Assembly: GCA_963664825.1 (NCBI GenBank)
Contig: OY761614.1
Span: forward strand, 2,368,001-2,432,000
Origin: an uncultured Holophaga sp.
GTDB lineage: Bacteria > Acidobacteriota > Holophagae > Holophagales > Holophagaceae
Direction of reading: 5' to 3'
DNA length: 64,000 bases
In this document: piece after piece, positions 1-11,452 of the stretch
Position numbering within the stretch: the first letter of the stretch is position 1
How the letters are laid out: each line of letters begins with the position of its first letter
Made by a program: the position numbers and the translations under genes
The notes under the pieces: model-generated
The model's input: only the letters and a program-made list of their open reading frames with translations
Databases searched by the model: none
What the model was told of the DNA's origin: nothing

Positions 1-1
1 C

Positions 2-499
2 CTGGAGGAATCCGCCGTGTTGGAGGCGCTGGATGTCCTGCGCGAGGCACAGCTGGCCTGGGAGGTGCGCTCGGCGGGCTCCCACACCACCAAGTACGAA
101 CACCGGATCCGGGAGCGCTTCGAACTCACGGAGCAGGAGGCGGCCATTCTCTGCGAACTGATGCTGCGGGGGGCCCAGACGCCGGGGGAACTGCGCTCCC
201 GCACTCAGAGGCTCTACGCCTTCCAGGATCTGTCGGAAGTGGAGGCCGCTCTCGATTGCCTGGCCTCGGGTCCCGAGCGCCTGGCCGTGAAGCTGCCCCG
301 GCTGGCCGGTTCCCGGGAGGCGCGTTTCGCCCAGCTATTGGGCGGTTCCGACGATCCCCGCGCCACGCAGCCCCTGGGGGCCCTGCCCAGTCTTGAGGAG
401 TGCGCTCCGGTTTCGCTCCGGGATGAGGTCACAGCCCTGCGCGAAGAGCTGGCGGCCCTGCGCGCGGAATTCGAGGCCTTCCGGAGACAACTGGAATAA
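2..499 (+). CDS. YceH/DUF480 family protein, 5'-truncated by the window edge
   Basis: Frame is open from the window start; KYEHR...LCELMLRGAQTPGELRSR and REARFAQLL motifs, plus a C-terminal coiled coil typical of YceH. Confidence 0.85.
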   Translation: MEESAVLEALDVLREAQLAWEVRSAGSHTTKYEHRIRERFELTEQEAAILCELMLRGAQTPGELRSRTQRLYAFQDLSEVEAALDCLASGPERLAVKLPRLAGSREARFAQLLGGSDDPRATQPLGALPSLEECAPVSLRDEVTALREELAALRAEFEAFRRQLE

Positions 500-540
500 C
501 GGCCGGACCCAGCGATCCGGTGACACGAAAAGCCACTGAA

Positions 541-648
541 GAACCGCAGAGGGCGCAGAGGGAATGAGGAGAACGCAGAGAAAAGAGGGACCATCCTCCC
601 TTTCTTTTCCTCTGCGCTCTCTGGCCTTCTCTGTGCCCTCTGCGGTTC
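541..648. repeat. REP-like long imperfect palindrome, copy 1
   Basis: GAACCGCAGAGGGCGCAGAG (541-560) vs CTCTGTGCCCTCTGCGGTTC (629-648), 19/20 complementary; inner arms also pair; lies between convergent genes. Confidence 0.8.
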
Positions 649-671
649 AGCTTTCGCGGCGCTCCCAGCCC

Positions 672-3110
672 CTACCTCAGCGTGATCACCGTGGCCCCGG
701 CCCCCCCTTGGGCTTGGGGGGCGTCCTCGATGCGGGCGATATTGGGGTGCCCCTGGAGGGCCTCCCGGATGGCGGCTTTCAGCCTGCCCGTGCCGTGGCC
801 GTGGACGATGCGCACGAAGCGCTGACCGGAGGCCAGGGCGTCTTCGATGAAGCGATGGACCTCGAAGTCGATATCATCCGAGGCCCGGCCGATGAGGTTG
901 AGCTCCTGGTCCACCTCCCGGGAGCTGGGGCGATAGCGGACGCTTCCGTTGCGGGAGCCCTCGTCAAAATCCGAGCGGTGGATGGGTTCCAGTTCCCCCA
1001 CCCGGGCCTCCAGGCGCCTTCCCTGGGGCGTCTGGAGCGTGACCCGGTCGCCCTTCAGGGTGATGACCCGGCCCTCCACGCCCAGGCCCTTGTGCCGGGC
1101 AAAGCCGTCGAGTCGCAACGGAATGGACTGGGAGCTGGGCCGGGAGGCTGGGCGCAGGGGCAATATCTCGGCGCGGGCGATCTGGGCCATGGTCTTCACG
1201 CGCTCGTGGGCTTCGGCGCCGATGCGATCGGCGTTGAGGGGCGATGCGCTGCGCTGCTTATCCTTGAGTTCCTTCACCAGGCGCTTGGATTCGTGGTCGA
1301 GGAAATCCAGCACGCGCTGGAGCTTGTCCTGGCTGTCCCGCTGGAATTTCTCCTGCCTCTCCCGCAGTTCCTCCTCGCGCCGCTGGAGGATGCGCTGATC
1401 CTTCTCGAAGGCCGCCTCCCGACGGGCCATCTCCTCGGCCTGTTCCATGAGTCTCAGGCGCTCGGCTTCCAGCGACTTGAGGAATTCCCGCCAGTCCTGT
1501 TCCCGGCGCCCCAGCACCTTTTCGGCGTGATCGAGGACGAAGCGGGGCAGTCCCAGCCTGGACGCGATGGTGAGGGCCCGGCTCTGGCCCGGCTGGCCCA
1601 CCAGCAGGCGGTAGGTGGGGGCGAGGCGCTCCTCGTCGAACTGCACCGAGGCATTCTGGAAACGGGGGTGGCGGAGGGCCCACTGGCTCATCTCGCCCAG
1701 GTGCGTGGAACAGAGCACCCAGCAGTTCCGCCGGGAGAGCGCCTGGAGCACGGCGATGCCGAGGGCTGCGCCCTCCTTGGGGTCCGTGCCCGTGCCCAGT
1801 TCGTCCAGCAGCACGAGCCCTCCGCTCTTGGCCTGGGTCAGGATGGCCTTCAGGTGGAGGATGTGGCTGCTGAAGGTCGAGAGGCTACCGATGAGGGTCT
1901 GGTGGTCGCCGATATCGGCGTGGAGGGTGGTCAGCTCCGGCAGCTCGGTGCCCGCCTTGGCGGGGATGGCGCAGCCCACTTGAGCCAGGGCCAGGAGCAG
2001 GCCCACGGTCTTGAGGACGACCGTCTTGCCCCCCGTATTGGAACCTGAAATGACGAGGCCTGGCCTGGATCCATCCAGTTCCAGGCTCAAGGGGATCACC
2101 TCGTGGTTCAGGGGCTCCAGGTCGAGTGCGGCGCGCACGGCGGGCAGGAGCAGGGGATGGCGGGCCTCCTGGAGGTGGAGCCTCGCCGTGCCCAGTTCCG
2201 GCAGCAGGCCCTCGCAGAGCCCCTGCCAGCGCAGGAGGGCCAGGATCTCGTCGGCCTCCCCCTGGAACTGGTGCCAGCGCTCGAAGTCGGCGCGCCGCGC
2301 CCGCAGCCGGTCCAGCAGTTCCCGCAGGAAGGCCTGCACGGCCTGGGTGTACTCGCGGTCGGCCTCGACGCATTCGTTGTTGAGGCTGACGGCCTCGAAG
2401 GGTTCCACGAAGACGGTGGCGCCGCTGGAGGAGCGGTCCAGGACCAGTCCGGGGACGCTGCCCTTCCGCTCCACCCGCACCGGCAGGCAGAAACGCCCGT
2501 TCCGCTCCACGATGCTCGGTTCCTGCATGGCGTCGGCCGCGTCGTGGAGGATGCGCTGGAGGCGGTTCTGCACGGCCTGGAAACGCCGCTGACGCTCGCG
2601 ATGGAGCCCCGCGAGGCCGGGCACTCGGAGGGGGTCGAGCTGGCCATCCTCGGTGAAACTCTTCTGCAAGAGTTCCACAACGGAGACGGGATCGGGCAGG
2701 AGCGCGGCTGTGACCTGCATGAGATCGATGCCCAGGTGTGTGCCGGGGAGGGCGGGCCGGGCCTCGGGCCATTGAAGGGCCGCGATGGTGCGCAGCAGGG
2801 CCGAAGTGGCCTTCAGGCCCTCCCTCAGTTGGCGCCAGTGCTCGGGGAGGGGCCAGCCCGCCGGGTTCAGGATCTGATCCAGGGCCTCATCGAAGGGCGC
2901 GATGGGAAGGCTCGAGGGCTCCTTCTCCCAGATCGGGGCCAGCTCCATCTGGCGCAACCGCCGCAGGGATCCCCCCTGGTCCCATGGGTGCATCCGGGCA
3001 AGGGCCTCCCGGCCCAGGCGCGTCTTGGCGCATCCCGCCACGAAGTCGACCACCACGGGGAATTCCACGGCTTCGAGTTCAAGCTGCTGGGTGCGGCTGG
3101 GCTGTGTCAT
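672..3110 (-). CDS. mutS2: MutS2 family endonuclease/ATPase with C-terminal Smr domain
   Basis: SSSGATVFVEP, Walker A ISGSNTGGKT, IGDHQ..SLSTFSSH, LLDELGTGTDP, C-terminal IVHGHGTG...GGAGAT; ATG at 3110 chosen. Confidence 0.95.
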   Translation of the reverse strand: MTQPSRTQQLELEAVEFPVVVDFVAGCAKTRLGREALARMHPWDQGGSLRRLRQMELAPIWEKEPSSLPIAPFDEALDQILNPAGWPLPEHWRQLREGLKATSALLRTIAALQWPEARPALPGTHLGIDLMQVTAALLPDPVSVVELLQKSFTEDGQLDPLRVPGLAGLHRERQRRFQAVQNRLQRILHDAADAMQEPSIVERNGRFCLPVRVERKGSVPGLVLDRSSSGATVFVEPFEAVSLNNECVEADREYTQAVQAFLRELLDRLRARRADFERWHQFQGEADEILALLRWQGLCEGLLPELGTARLHLQEARHPLLLPAVRAALDLEPLNHEVIPLSLELDGSRPGLVISGSNTGGKTVVLKTVGLLLALAQVGCAIPAKAGTELPELTTLHADIGDHQTLIGSLSTFSSHILHLKAILTQAKSGGLVLLDELGTGTDPKEGAALGIAVLQALSRRNCWVLCSTHLGEMSQWALRHPRFQNASVQFDEERLAPTYRLLVGQPGQSRALTIASRLGLPRFVLDHAEKVLGRREQDWREFLKSLEAERLRLMEQAEEMARREAAFEKDQRILQRREEELRERQEKFQRDSQDKLQRVLDFLDHESKRLVKELKDKQRSASPLNADRIGAEAHERVKTMAQIARAEILPLRPASRPSSQSIPLRLDGFARHKGLGVEGRVITLKGDRVTLQTPQGRRLEARVGELEPIHRSDFDEGSRNGSVRYRPSSREVDQELNLIGRASDDIDFEVHRFIEDALASGQRFVRIVHGHGTGRLKAAIREALQGHPNIARIEDAPQAQGGAGATVITLR

Positions 3111-3255
3111 ACCGGGCTGCGCTTCAAAAAAAGACGTTGAGGGGGCAAGGGGCATTGGGAGCTGGCTCCAGGAGCGGCCTGCCGAGCAGAGGAGCCTCGA
3201 CAAGAAAAAAGGCCCGCGGGAGCGGGCCTTCAAGATTACGCGCTTTGATCGGGGC

Positions 3256-3468
3256 TCAGGGAGTCCCCATGATGCGGCGCTCCTGGGCCAGTCGCTTGAG
3301 GGACTTCTTCCGGGCGGCAAGCATCTTCCGCTTGCGCTTGGCGCTGGGCTTCTCGTAGTGCTGACGCTTCTTCAGCTCACTCAGGATGCCGGACTTTTCA
3401 CACTTTCGCTTAAAACGGCGAAGCGCGTTCTCGAAGGTCTCGTCTTCTTTAATCTTGACCAGTGGCAT
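3256..3468 (-). CDS. rpsU: 30S ribosomal protein S21
   Basis: [42 protein letters not shown]; purine-rich RBS upstream. Confidence 0.97.
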   Translation of the reverse strand: MPLVKIKEDETFENALRRFKRKCEKSGILSELKKRQHYEKPSAKRKRKMLAARKKSLKRLAQERRIMGTP

Positions 3469-3587
3469 GTATGTATCCCCCCCTTCTGTCGTGAAATCGC
3501 CCCGGGAGACTGAAGCCTCTCTGGGACCGGTCAAACAGAATAGCGCGGGAATTGGATAATCGCGAGGACGGAATGCGGACCCAAAGG

Positions 3588-3617
3588 TTGCCGCCCGCGC
3601 AAAGCCCCCTGTAGAAT
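3588..3617 (+). promoter_or_regulatory. Candidate sigma70 promoter for the kinase gene
   Basis: TTGCCG-N18-TAGAAT, ending 22 nt before ATG 3640. Confidence 0.4.
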
Positions 3618-3639
3618 GGGGTTCTTGATCCGAGCCAGC

Positions 3640-5622
3640 ATGCCCCGACCTCTCCTCCTCATCCTGGATGGCCAGTCCCTGAAATCCGGGGGGGTGGAAG
3701 TGGCTCTGGCCAATGGCGGGTGGGATGTGGTGGCCACGGCCAGTGGGGAGGCCGCCGAGTTCGTGGGGCGGACGGAGACGGCCCTGGTGCTGTTGGACCC
3801 CGCCCTCAGTGGTGAGGCCGGACTCCACGCCGTCCAGGCCATGCGCGCCCTGGACCGGGAAGTGCCGGTGGTGCTGCTGAAAGGCGGCGAAGAGGGGGGA
3901 GCGGGCAAGGGCTTTCATGTCCCCGTGCCCGGTGTGGCGGGCAGTTTGGAGCGTTCGGCCCCCATCTCCCAGTGGGTGGGGGTCTTGAACGGCATCCTGG
4001 CCTCGGTGAGGGCCGAAAAACACAAATTCACCGCCGAAGAACTCTTCGCCGATATCCTGGCCGATATCGAGGGGCCCAGAGCCTCGGCCCAGCCTCTGAC
4101 CCAGACCCAGCCCTTCTCGGCCCGGGTCCCCCTCCCTGCGACACAGCCCTTCCGCCAGGTGGAGCCTTCCCTTCCGTCTCCGTCCTCATCGGAGCCCTTC
4201 CCCGATCTCTTCGAAGGGTTCCTGAGCCCCCTGGCGGAGGCGCCGCAGGTCCCAGCCGGGAAGAAAAATGAATTCACCCTCAGCGGCATCTCCGGGATCA
4301 ACGATCCCTTCGGAGAGGGCTCCCTCCAGGGAAGCAATCCTGTTGAGATCGAATTCGTCGCCAGTCGCGAGACACCGGCTGTCCAGGCGCAACCCGCCCC
4401 TCCGATGGCCTCCGATGAACGCCGCGAGAGCGAGCTACGCGAGAGCGAGGTCTTGGAGGAGTTCGGGAACTACTACCTGCTGGAGAAGATCGCCGTGGGC
4501 GGCATGGCGGAACTCTTCAAGGCCCGCCAGCGAGGCGTCCACAACTTCGAGAAGATCGTCGCCATCAAGCGCATCCTGCCCCATCTCTCGGACAACGACG
4601 AGTTTGTGCGGATGTTCATCGACGAAGCCAAGCTGGCTGCCCAGCTCACCCATCCGAACATCGTCCAGATCTTTGATCTGGGCAAGGCTTCCGGCTTCTA
4701 CTACATCGCCATGGAATACGTGGATGGCAAGGACCTCCGCAGCCTGCTGCGGAAGGTGCGCGAGCACAAGCTGCCCTTCCCTGAATCGGTGGCGGCCTTC
4801 GTCACCATGAAGATCGCTGGAGCGCTGGACTACGCTCACCGCAAGAAGGGCATGAACGACAAGGAACTGAAACTCGTCCACCGGGATATCAGCCCCCAGA
4901 ACGTGCTCATCTCCGGCGAAGGCGCCGTGAAGCTGGTGGACTTCGGCATCGCCAAGGCCGCCACGAAAACGACCCAGACCGTGGCCGGCGCCCTCAAGGG
5001 CAAGCTCCTCTACATGAGCCCTGAACAGGCGCTGGGCCAGCCCCTGGACAGCCGCTCGGACCTATACTCCCTCGGACTGGTGCTCTTCGAACTCCTGACC
5101 GGGGAGCGCTGTTTCCAGGCCGATAGCGAGCTGGGCGTGCTCGAGAAGGTCCGGCTGGGCAAGGTCCAGGATGTGCGAAGCGTCAATCCCCTCGTGTCTC
5201 GGGAGATGGCCTCCATCCTGGAAAGGGCGCTCCAGAAAAACGTCGACCAGCGCTACCCTTCGGCGCGCTTCCTGGAGCGGGATCTCAAGGCGCTCCTGGT
5301 CCGCAGCGGGAACGAACCCGTGGAACACGATATCGCCGAATATGTGAACACGCTGCTGAAGGGCACCAAGGAACAGGTGCAAGCCCTGGTCTCCAGCCGC
5401 TTCCCGGTCCCCCAGGGGCGCATGATCCCTGGGACCCGCAGCGGAGTTGCCCTCCCGTCGGTCGAAGTCCTGACCCAGGAGACCCATCTCACCACTTTCG
5501 ACTCCGTGCCCCTGCCTCCCCAGGATCTGGGACTGGAGCCGTCTTCCCACCGATGGCTGCTGCCTGCCGCCGCCCTCGTCCTGGCCGTGGTGGCCATCCT
5601 GCTGTGGCTGGTGGCTCACTGA
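3640..5622 (+). CDS. Hanks-type Ser/Thr protein kinase with N-terminal receiver-like domain and C-terminal membrane anchor
   Basis: [32 protein letters not shown]-terminus LLLILD...[13 protein letters not shown] is REC-like; hydrophobic C-terminal helix. Confidence 0.9.
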   Translation: MPRPLLLILDGQSLKSGGVEVALANGGWDVVATASGEAAEFVGRTETALVLLDPALSGEAGLHAVQAMRALDREVPVVLLKGGEEGGAGKGFHVPVPGVAGSLERSAPISQWVGVLNGILASVRAEKHKFTAEELFADILADIEGPRASAQPLTQTQPFSARVPLPATQPFRQVEPSLPSPSSSEPFPDLFEGFLSPLAEAPQVPAGKKNEFTLSGISGINDPFGEGSLQGSNPVEIEFVASRETPAVQAQPAPPMASDERRESELRESEVLEEFGNYYLLEKIAVGGMAELFKARQRGVHNFEKIVAIKRILPHLSDNDEFVRMFIDEAKLAAQLTHPNIVQIFDLGKASGFYYIAMEYVDGKDLRSLLRKVREHKLPFPESVAAFVTMKIAGALDYAHRKKGMNDKELKLVHRDISPQNVLISGEGAVKLVDFGIAKAATKTTQTVAGALKGKLLYMSPEQALGQPLDSRSDLYSLGLVLFELLTGERCFQADSELGVLEKVRLGKVQDVRSVNPLVSREMASILERALQKNVDQRYPSARFLERDLKALLVRSGNEPVEHDIAEYVNTLLKGTKEQVQALVSSRFPVPQGRMIPGTRSGVALPSVEVLTQETHLTTFDSVPLPPQDLGLEPSSHRWLLPAAALVLAVVAILLWLVAH

Positions 5623-5693
5623 AGCGGTATGATCGAACCCTTGGCTTTGTCGCAATCTTTTGAATATTTCCCATCCCATTCCCCGGAGCTGAT

Positions 5694-5987
5694 ATGGATC
5701 TGAGCAAAGAACAGCAGGGCTTCTACCAGAGCGCTCGCGAACACTGCCGCCAGGAAGTCGATGAGATGAACCGCACGATTCGCGCGGAATGGCAGCACCT
5801 CAATGACGAGATCAAGCGCGTGCAGGAACTCATCCAGACCCTCGAGACCCGCAAGCAGACCGTGGGCCAGATGTATGCTTCGGCCAGCGAGATGCTCGGC
5901 CTGACCAATGATCTCGATGTGGGCTCGGCCATCCAGGAAGGTGCCGAGGACGCCGATGATCTCGGCGTGGGCGAGATCGACCTGTAG
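5694..5987 (+). CDS. Small coiled-coil hypothetical protein with acidic tail
   Basis: GGAG RBS, host-like codon usage, heptad pattern, followed by a terminator. Confidence 0.75.
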   Translation: MDLSKEQQGFYQSAREHCRQEVDEMNRTIRAEWQHLNDEIKRVQELIQTLETRKQTVGQMYASASEMLGLTNDLDVGSAIQEGAEDADDLGVGEIDL

Positions 5988-5998
5988 CGATTTCCGTT

Positions 5999-6042
5999 CT
6001 AATAGAAAAGACCCCGGGCTCGCCCGGGGTCTTTTCTATTAG
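5999..6042. terminator. Bidirectional intrinsic terminator
   Basis: Perfect 21-nt inverted repeat CTAATAGAAAAGACCCCGGGC-TC-GCCCGGGGTCTTTTCTATTAG between convergent genes. Confidence 0.9.
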
Positions 6043-6298
6043 TGTTTCGGCCGCAGATCCATCAGGGGCGCGCTGCAGTTGGTGCAATTCTGGCGGTGGG
6101 GTGGGTTGCGCTGATTGCAGTGGGGGCAGAAGCGATCCTTCTTCCGCCGGCGTTGATAGAGCCGGAAGTAGAGCAGGGCGCCCAGCAGTACCAGCAGGAC
6201 CATCTTCTGGGTTCCCCCCAGCACGAAGCCCGTGGGGCTCTTGATGGTCTCGGCCTCCTTGGGGGGCTGGTTCTGGAGTTGGATGGTGGGCTGTGGCA

Positions 6299-6299
<1 letters not shown>
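6039..6299 (-). CDS. Small single-pass membrane protein with C-terminal zinc ribbon
   Basis: TM helix MVLLVLLGALLYF, then CPHC...CTNC; ATG overlaps the lepA stop (TGATG). Confidence 0.75.
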
Positions 6300-8119
<1,820 letters not shown>

Positions 8120-8246
8120 AAAAAACCTCGAATCTATCATTCTATCCGGGCCCGTCCCCCGGGTCTTCAGCGGAATCCTGGGCGTTCTGAGGTATCGTGA
8201 TGGGTGGGCCTGAAGGCTCGGGTCCTTGAATCGCGAGGCATTATCT

Positions 8247-9053
8247 GTGGAGTCCGCACAAGAACTAGGCCGCATTCTCCTGGTCGATGACTTGGCCCTG
8301 TTCAGGCGCCTTCTGCCCCTGCGTCTCGGCGCCCTGGGGCGCGAAGTGGAATCCGTTCCCAATGTGGAAGAGGCCCGCGGCTACTTGGCCCGGCGGCGCC
8401 CCATCCTCATCCTGCTGGATGTGATCATGCCGGGGGTGGATGGATTTGCGTTCTGCCGGGAGTTGAAGGCTGACCCTCGCACACGGGATATTCCGGTGAT
8501 CATGCTCACCGATCTGAAGGCCAATGCCCACGACCGCAGCCTCGACGCCGGGGCCGATGATTACATGCCCAAGCGCATCGACGACGCGGTGATGCGCATT
8601 CGCGTTCAGCTCCACATGAACCTCATGGAACTCCGTCGGAAGGCCCAAGGCGTGGCGCTTCCGGAGGTCCCGGCCTCCATTCTGCTGGCCTCTGCTTCCC
8701 CTCTCCTCCAGGCTCAGCTGCCCGCCCAGTTCGCCCAGGATGGCCACGTCACTCGCCTCGTGGAAAATCCGGCGGAGATCGCCTCGCACCTGCAGCCCCA
8801 GGATCGCCTGTTGGTGATGGACGCCGATCTGGGGATGGAGGAGATGCACAGAATCCTGGCCGAGCTTCGCATGGATCCCACCACCGCCGGCCTGCCCATC
8901 CTGCTGCTATGCGCCAAGGAACAGCTGGAAGAACTCACGGCCATCGAATTCATGGTCGACGATGTGCTCTGGAAGCCCTTGAATGCCCAGGTCAGCCGCC
9001 ACCGGCTCCGCTACCTCCTGGAACTGGGGCACCGCACCTTCGGTCCCGCCTGA
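8247..9053 (+). CDS. Response regulator with two receiver domains and no output domain
   Basis: ILLVDD...[11 protein letters not shown]...GADDYMPK; second degenerate REC LLVMD...VDDVLWKP. Confidence 0.85.
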   Translation: MESAQELGRILLVDDLALFRRLLPLRLGALGREVESVPNVEEARGYLARRRPILILLDVIMPGVDGFAFCRELKADPRTRDIPVIMLTDLKANAHDRSLDAGADDYMPKRIDDAVMRIRVQLHMNLMELRRKAQGVALPEVPASILLASASPLLQAQLPAQFAQDGHVTRLVENPAEIASHLQPQDRLLVMDADLGMEEMHRILAELRMDPTTAGLPILLLCAKEQLEELTAIEFMVDDVLWKPLNAQVSRHRLRYLLELGHRTFGPA

Positions 9054-9060
9054 GGCGCCC

Positions 9061-10536
9061 GTGACGCGGCTTCCCCTGTGGGCGCTGCTCCTGGTGCCAA
9101 CACTGATCTGGGCTGCCCCCGTGCAGGGGCGGATCACGGATGGCCGCGCAGGGCTCCCGGGGGTGCGCGTCTTTCCCGATCGCCTGCGGAGGGTGCGGCC
9201 CGTCCCCTTAGTGCCCTTCGCCCTCACGGATGCGGAGGGACGCTTCACCCTGGAACTGGAGGCCTCCGATACGCTGCTGGCCGTGGAGAAATCCGGATGG
9301 CAGCGGGATCTCGTGCCCCTGGTGGAGCTGGATCAGCCTGTCGTGTTGAAGCCTGCCCCCGAACACCGAATCGAAAAAGCCCTGGTGGTGCGCCTGGGCT
9401 TTCCCGATGAACAGGGACGCCTGAGCGACGATGCACTGCGCTCCCTGCTCTTCGGGCGCCAGCCGGGCCTTGCTAGCGCCGCCAACTATGTCTATGAAGT
9501 CTCCAAGGGCAGCCTGGAACTGGAGGAGGGTGCCATCCTCCACCTCGAGGATCCCAAGCACCTGCGGCCCCGCAGCGATGCCCAGCGGGACGCCATCGCC
9601 GAGTGGGTGCTGGGACAACTGAAGGGCGTGGACCTGAAGGCCTTCGATTGTCTCGATAACCGCAACGGGGTCCTTCAGCCGGATGGCAAACCCGATCATC
9701 TCTGGATCATCCCGCCGGGCCCCGCGCGAAACGCGACCACCGACCCGGCCCATCTCTCGGCCAGCAGCTTCCTGGTGCCCTTGCCCTGGAAGCCCACCCG
9801 CCGCTGGGGCGTGCTCTTCTTCGCGGAGGAGACGCCCCTGGGCAACATCGTCCACGAGCTCTTTCATTCCATGGGCGAGCACCGGGTGGACGATCTCTAT
9901 CTGGACTGCGAACACCCCCTGACCGCCGGCATCTGGGATCTCATGGACGCGGGCCAGTACCGGGGCTGGGATTGTGTGCCGCCGAAGGGCGGGGATTGGC
10001 AGGGCTGTGTGGGCTACAGCCCCTCCCAGCCCGGCGCCTGGGTGCGGGGGGAGCTCTTGTACCGCGGCCGCTTCAAGGCCACGGTGAAGACCCTGAAGCT
10101 GGCGGGTCGGCAGTGGATGGGCTGGATGAACCCCTTGGCGCGGGCCCCCCGGGATTTTCCCCAGCAGTTGGTGGTGCCTGATCCCCGCCGGAAGGGCTGC
10201 TTCTGGAGCCTGGAGGTCCGGCGTCCCTGGGGCTTCGACCGGGGGCGGGTGGGGGATCGCTGGGGGCCGGGCTTCGAGGGCCTCGTCGTCTCGCACATCG
10301 ACCCCTCCCTGCTCAGCGAGGGCGAGCCCCGGGGTGCGGTGCGCGTCATTGATGCCCACCCGGGGAGCCCTGAACCGCCCTCGCCCCGTTTCCCCTGTGG
10401 GCGCTGGGAACTGGACGATGCGGCCTTCAAGCTCGGCCAGGGCGAGCATCCCAAGGGATCGGACGGGCCCCTCTCCTGGGAAGTCCTGGCCGAGGATGGG
10501 GCGGGACGGATGCAGGTGCGCGTGAGGCTGCGGTAG
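9061..10536 (+). CDS. Secreted M6-like (immune inhibitor A type) zinc metalloprotease
   Basis: Signal peptide, carboxypeptidase-regulatory-like N-terminal domain, HELFHSMG...DDLY and WDLMDAG motifs. Confidence 0.75.
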   Translation: MTRLPLWALLLVPTLIWAAPVQGRITDGRAGLPGVRVFPDRLRRVRPVPLVPFALTDAEGRFTLELEASDTLLAVEKSGWQRDLVPLVELDQPVVLKPAPEHRIEKALVVRLGFPDEQGRLSDDALRSLLFGRQPGLASAANYVYEVSKGSLELEEGAILHLEDPKHLRPRSDAQRDAIAEWVLGQLKGVDLKAFDCLDNRNGVLQPDGKPDHLWIIPPGPARNATTDPAHLSASSFLVPLPWKPTRRWGVLFFAEETPLGNIVHELFHSMGEHRVDDLYLDCEHPLTAGIWDLMDAGQYRGWDCVPPKGGDWQGCVGYSPSQPGAWVRGELLYRGRFKATVKTLKLAGRQWMGWMNPLARAPRDFPQQLVVPDPRRKGCFWSLEVRRPWGFDRGRVGDRWGPGFEGLVVSHIDPSLLSEGEPRGAVRVIDAHPGSPEPPSPRFPCGRWELDDAAFKLGQGEHPKGSDGPLSWEVLAEDGAGRMQVRVRLR

Positions 10537-10539
10537 GCG

Positions 10540-11367
10540 TTATCGCTGCCCTACCTTGAACAGCCAGTACATGGCCTCCCGGTCGGCGGCCCAGGCTGGG
10601 GCCAGGTAGCGCAGGGCACGCGCGGCCTCCTCGGGGCTGCCGGGAAGGGCCGGGGCGGCGCATTCCTTGGGCAGCTTGGTGGTGCCGGTGAGGAAGCCCT
10701 CCACATGGGGGTTCAGGGTCCTGGCTCGCTCCAGGGCCCGAAGGGCGGTCTTCTCCTCCTTGAGGCGCAGATGCAGGAGCACCTTCATGTAGGCCCAGAC
10801 CGGGCCTGGATCGCCTTCGAAGGTCCGCAGGAGGTTCTGGAGAGGTTTGGTCTGGCCTAGGCTGGCGTAGCAGCGGGCCAGATGGTAGCGCACGCCTTGG
10901 GGGTCACCCTGGCTGAAGCGCAGGAGGGCTTCGAAGTGGGGCAGGGCCGCCTTGAGCTTTCCGGCGCGCTCCAGGAGGTCGGCCAGGGCCATGCGGGAAC
11001 GCAGGTAGGGGCGCGCCTCCACCTGGTTCCAGAGCAGGCCCTTGTGGGCCTGGATGAAGGCCTCTCCCAGGGTGGCTTCGGCCTTCACGGCCACCTCCTG
11101 CATGCGGTGGGCGGCCTCCTCGGGGCCCATGGATCCCGCCCCCGCCAGGGCGTTCAGGGCATCAATGCAGCCGGGATCGCGCTCCAGGGCCAGGGTCGCC
11201 AGGGTCCTGGCCTCGGTGTGGTGGGGGGCTTCCAGGGCCTGGAAGGCCAGTTCCTGGGCCTCCTGTTGGGCCTGTGTGCCCTGGGGGGCCTGGCTGCGGA
11301 GCAGGCGCTCGGGATCGAAGGTTCGCGCAGTCTCGTCATTGGGCGCGAATGGGGTCGGATCAGATAC
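10540..11367 (-). CDS. TPR-like helical hypothetical protein; apparent GTA start
   Basis: Frame is open 79 codons upstream of ATG 11130 with helical content (AQELAFQALEA...LALERDPGCIDAL); GGAGG RBS precedes GTA at 11367. Confidence 0.75.
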   Translation of the reverse strand, partial: VSDPTPFAPNDETARTFDPERLLRSQAPQGTQAQQEAQELAFQALEAPHHTEARTLATLALERDPGCIDALNALAGAGSMGPEEAAHRMQEVAVKAEATLGEAFIQAHKGLLWNQVEARPYLRSRMALADLLERAGKLKAALPHFEALLRFSQGDPQGVRYHLARCYASLGQTKPLQNLLRTFEGDPGPVWAYMKVLLHLRLKEEKTALRALERARTLNPHVEGFLTGTTKLPKECAAPALPGSPEEAARALRYLAPAWAADREAMYWLFKVGQR

Positions 11368-11404
11368 GGCGCACCTCCAAGGTCGTCAATTGCGAAAGGA
11401 TAAC

Positions 11405-11434
11405 AAAAAGAAGCCGCCGGTTTCCCGGCGGCTT
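11405..11434 (-). terminator. Intrinsic terminator of the minus-strand M16 pair
   Basis: AAGCCGCCGG-TTTC-CCGGCGGCTT hairpin with U tract on the minus strand. Confidence 0.85.
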
Positions 11435-11452
11435 GTCGGATGCGGCCCCGAA

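Noticed and set aside
541..648. Repeats as a CRISPR array
   Set aside because: Dispersed inverted repeats with no repeat-spacer periodicity and no cas genes
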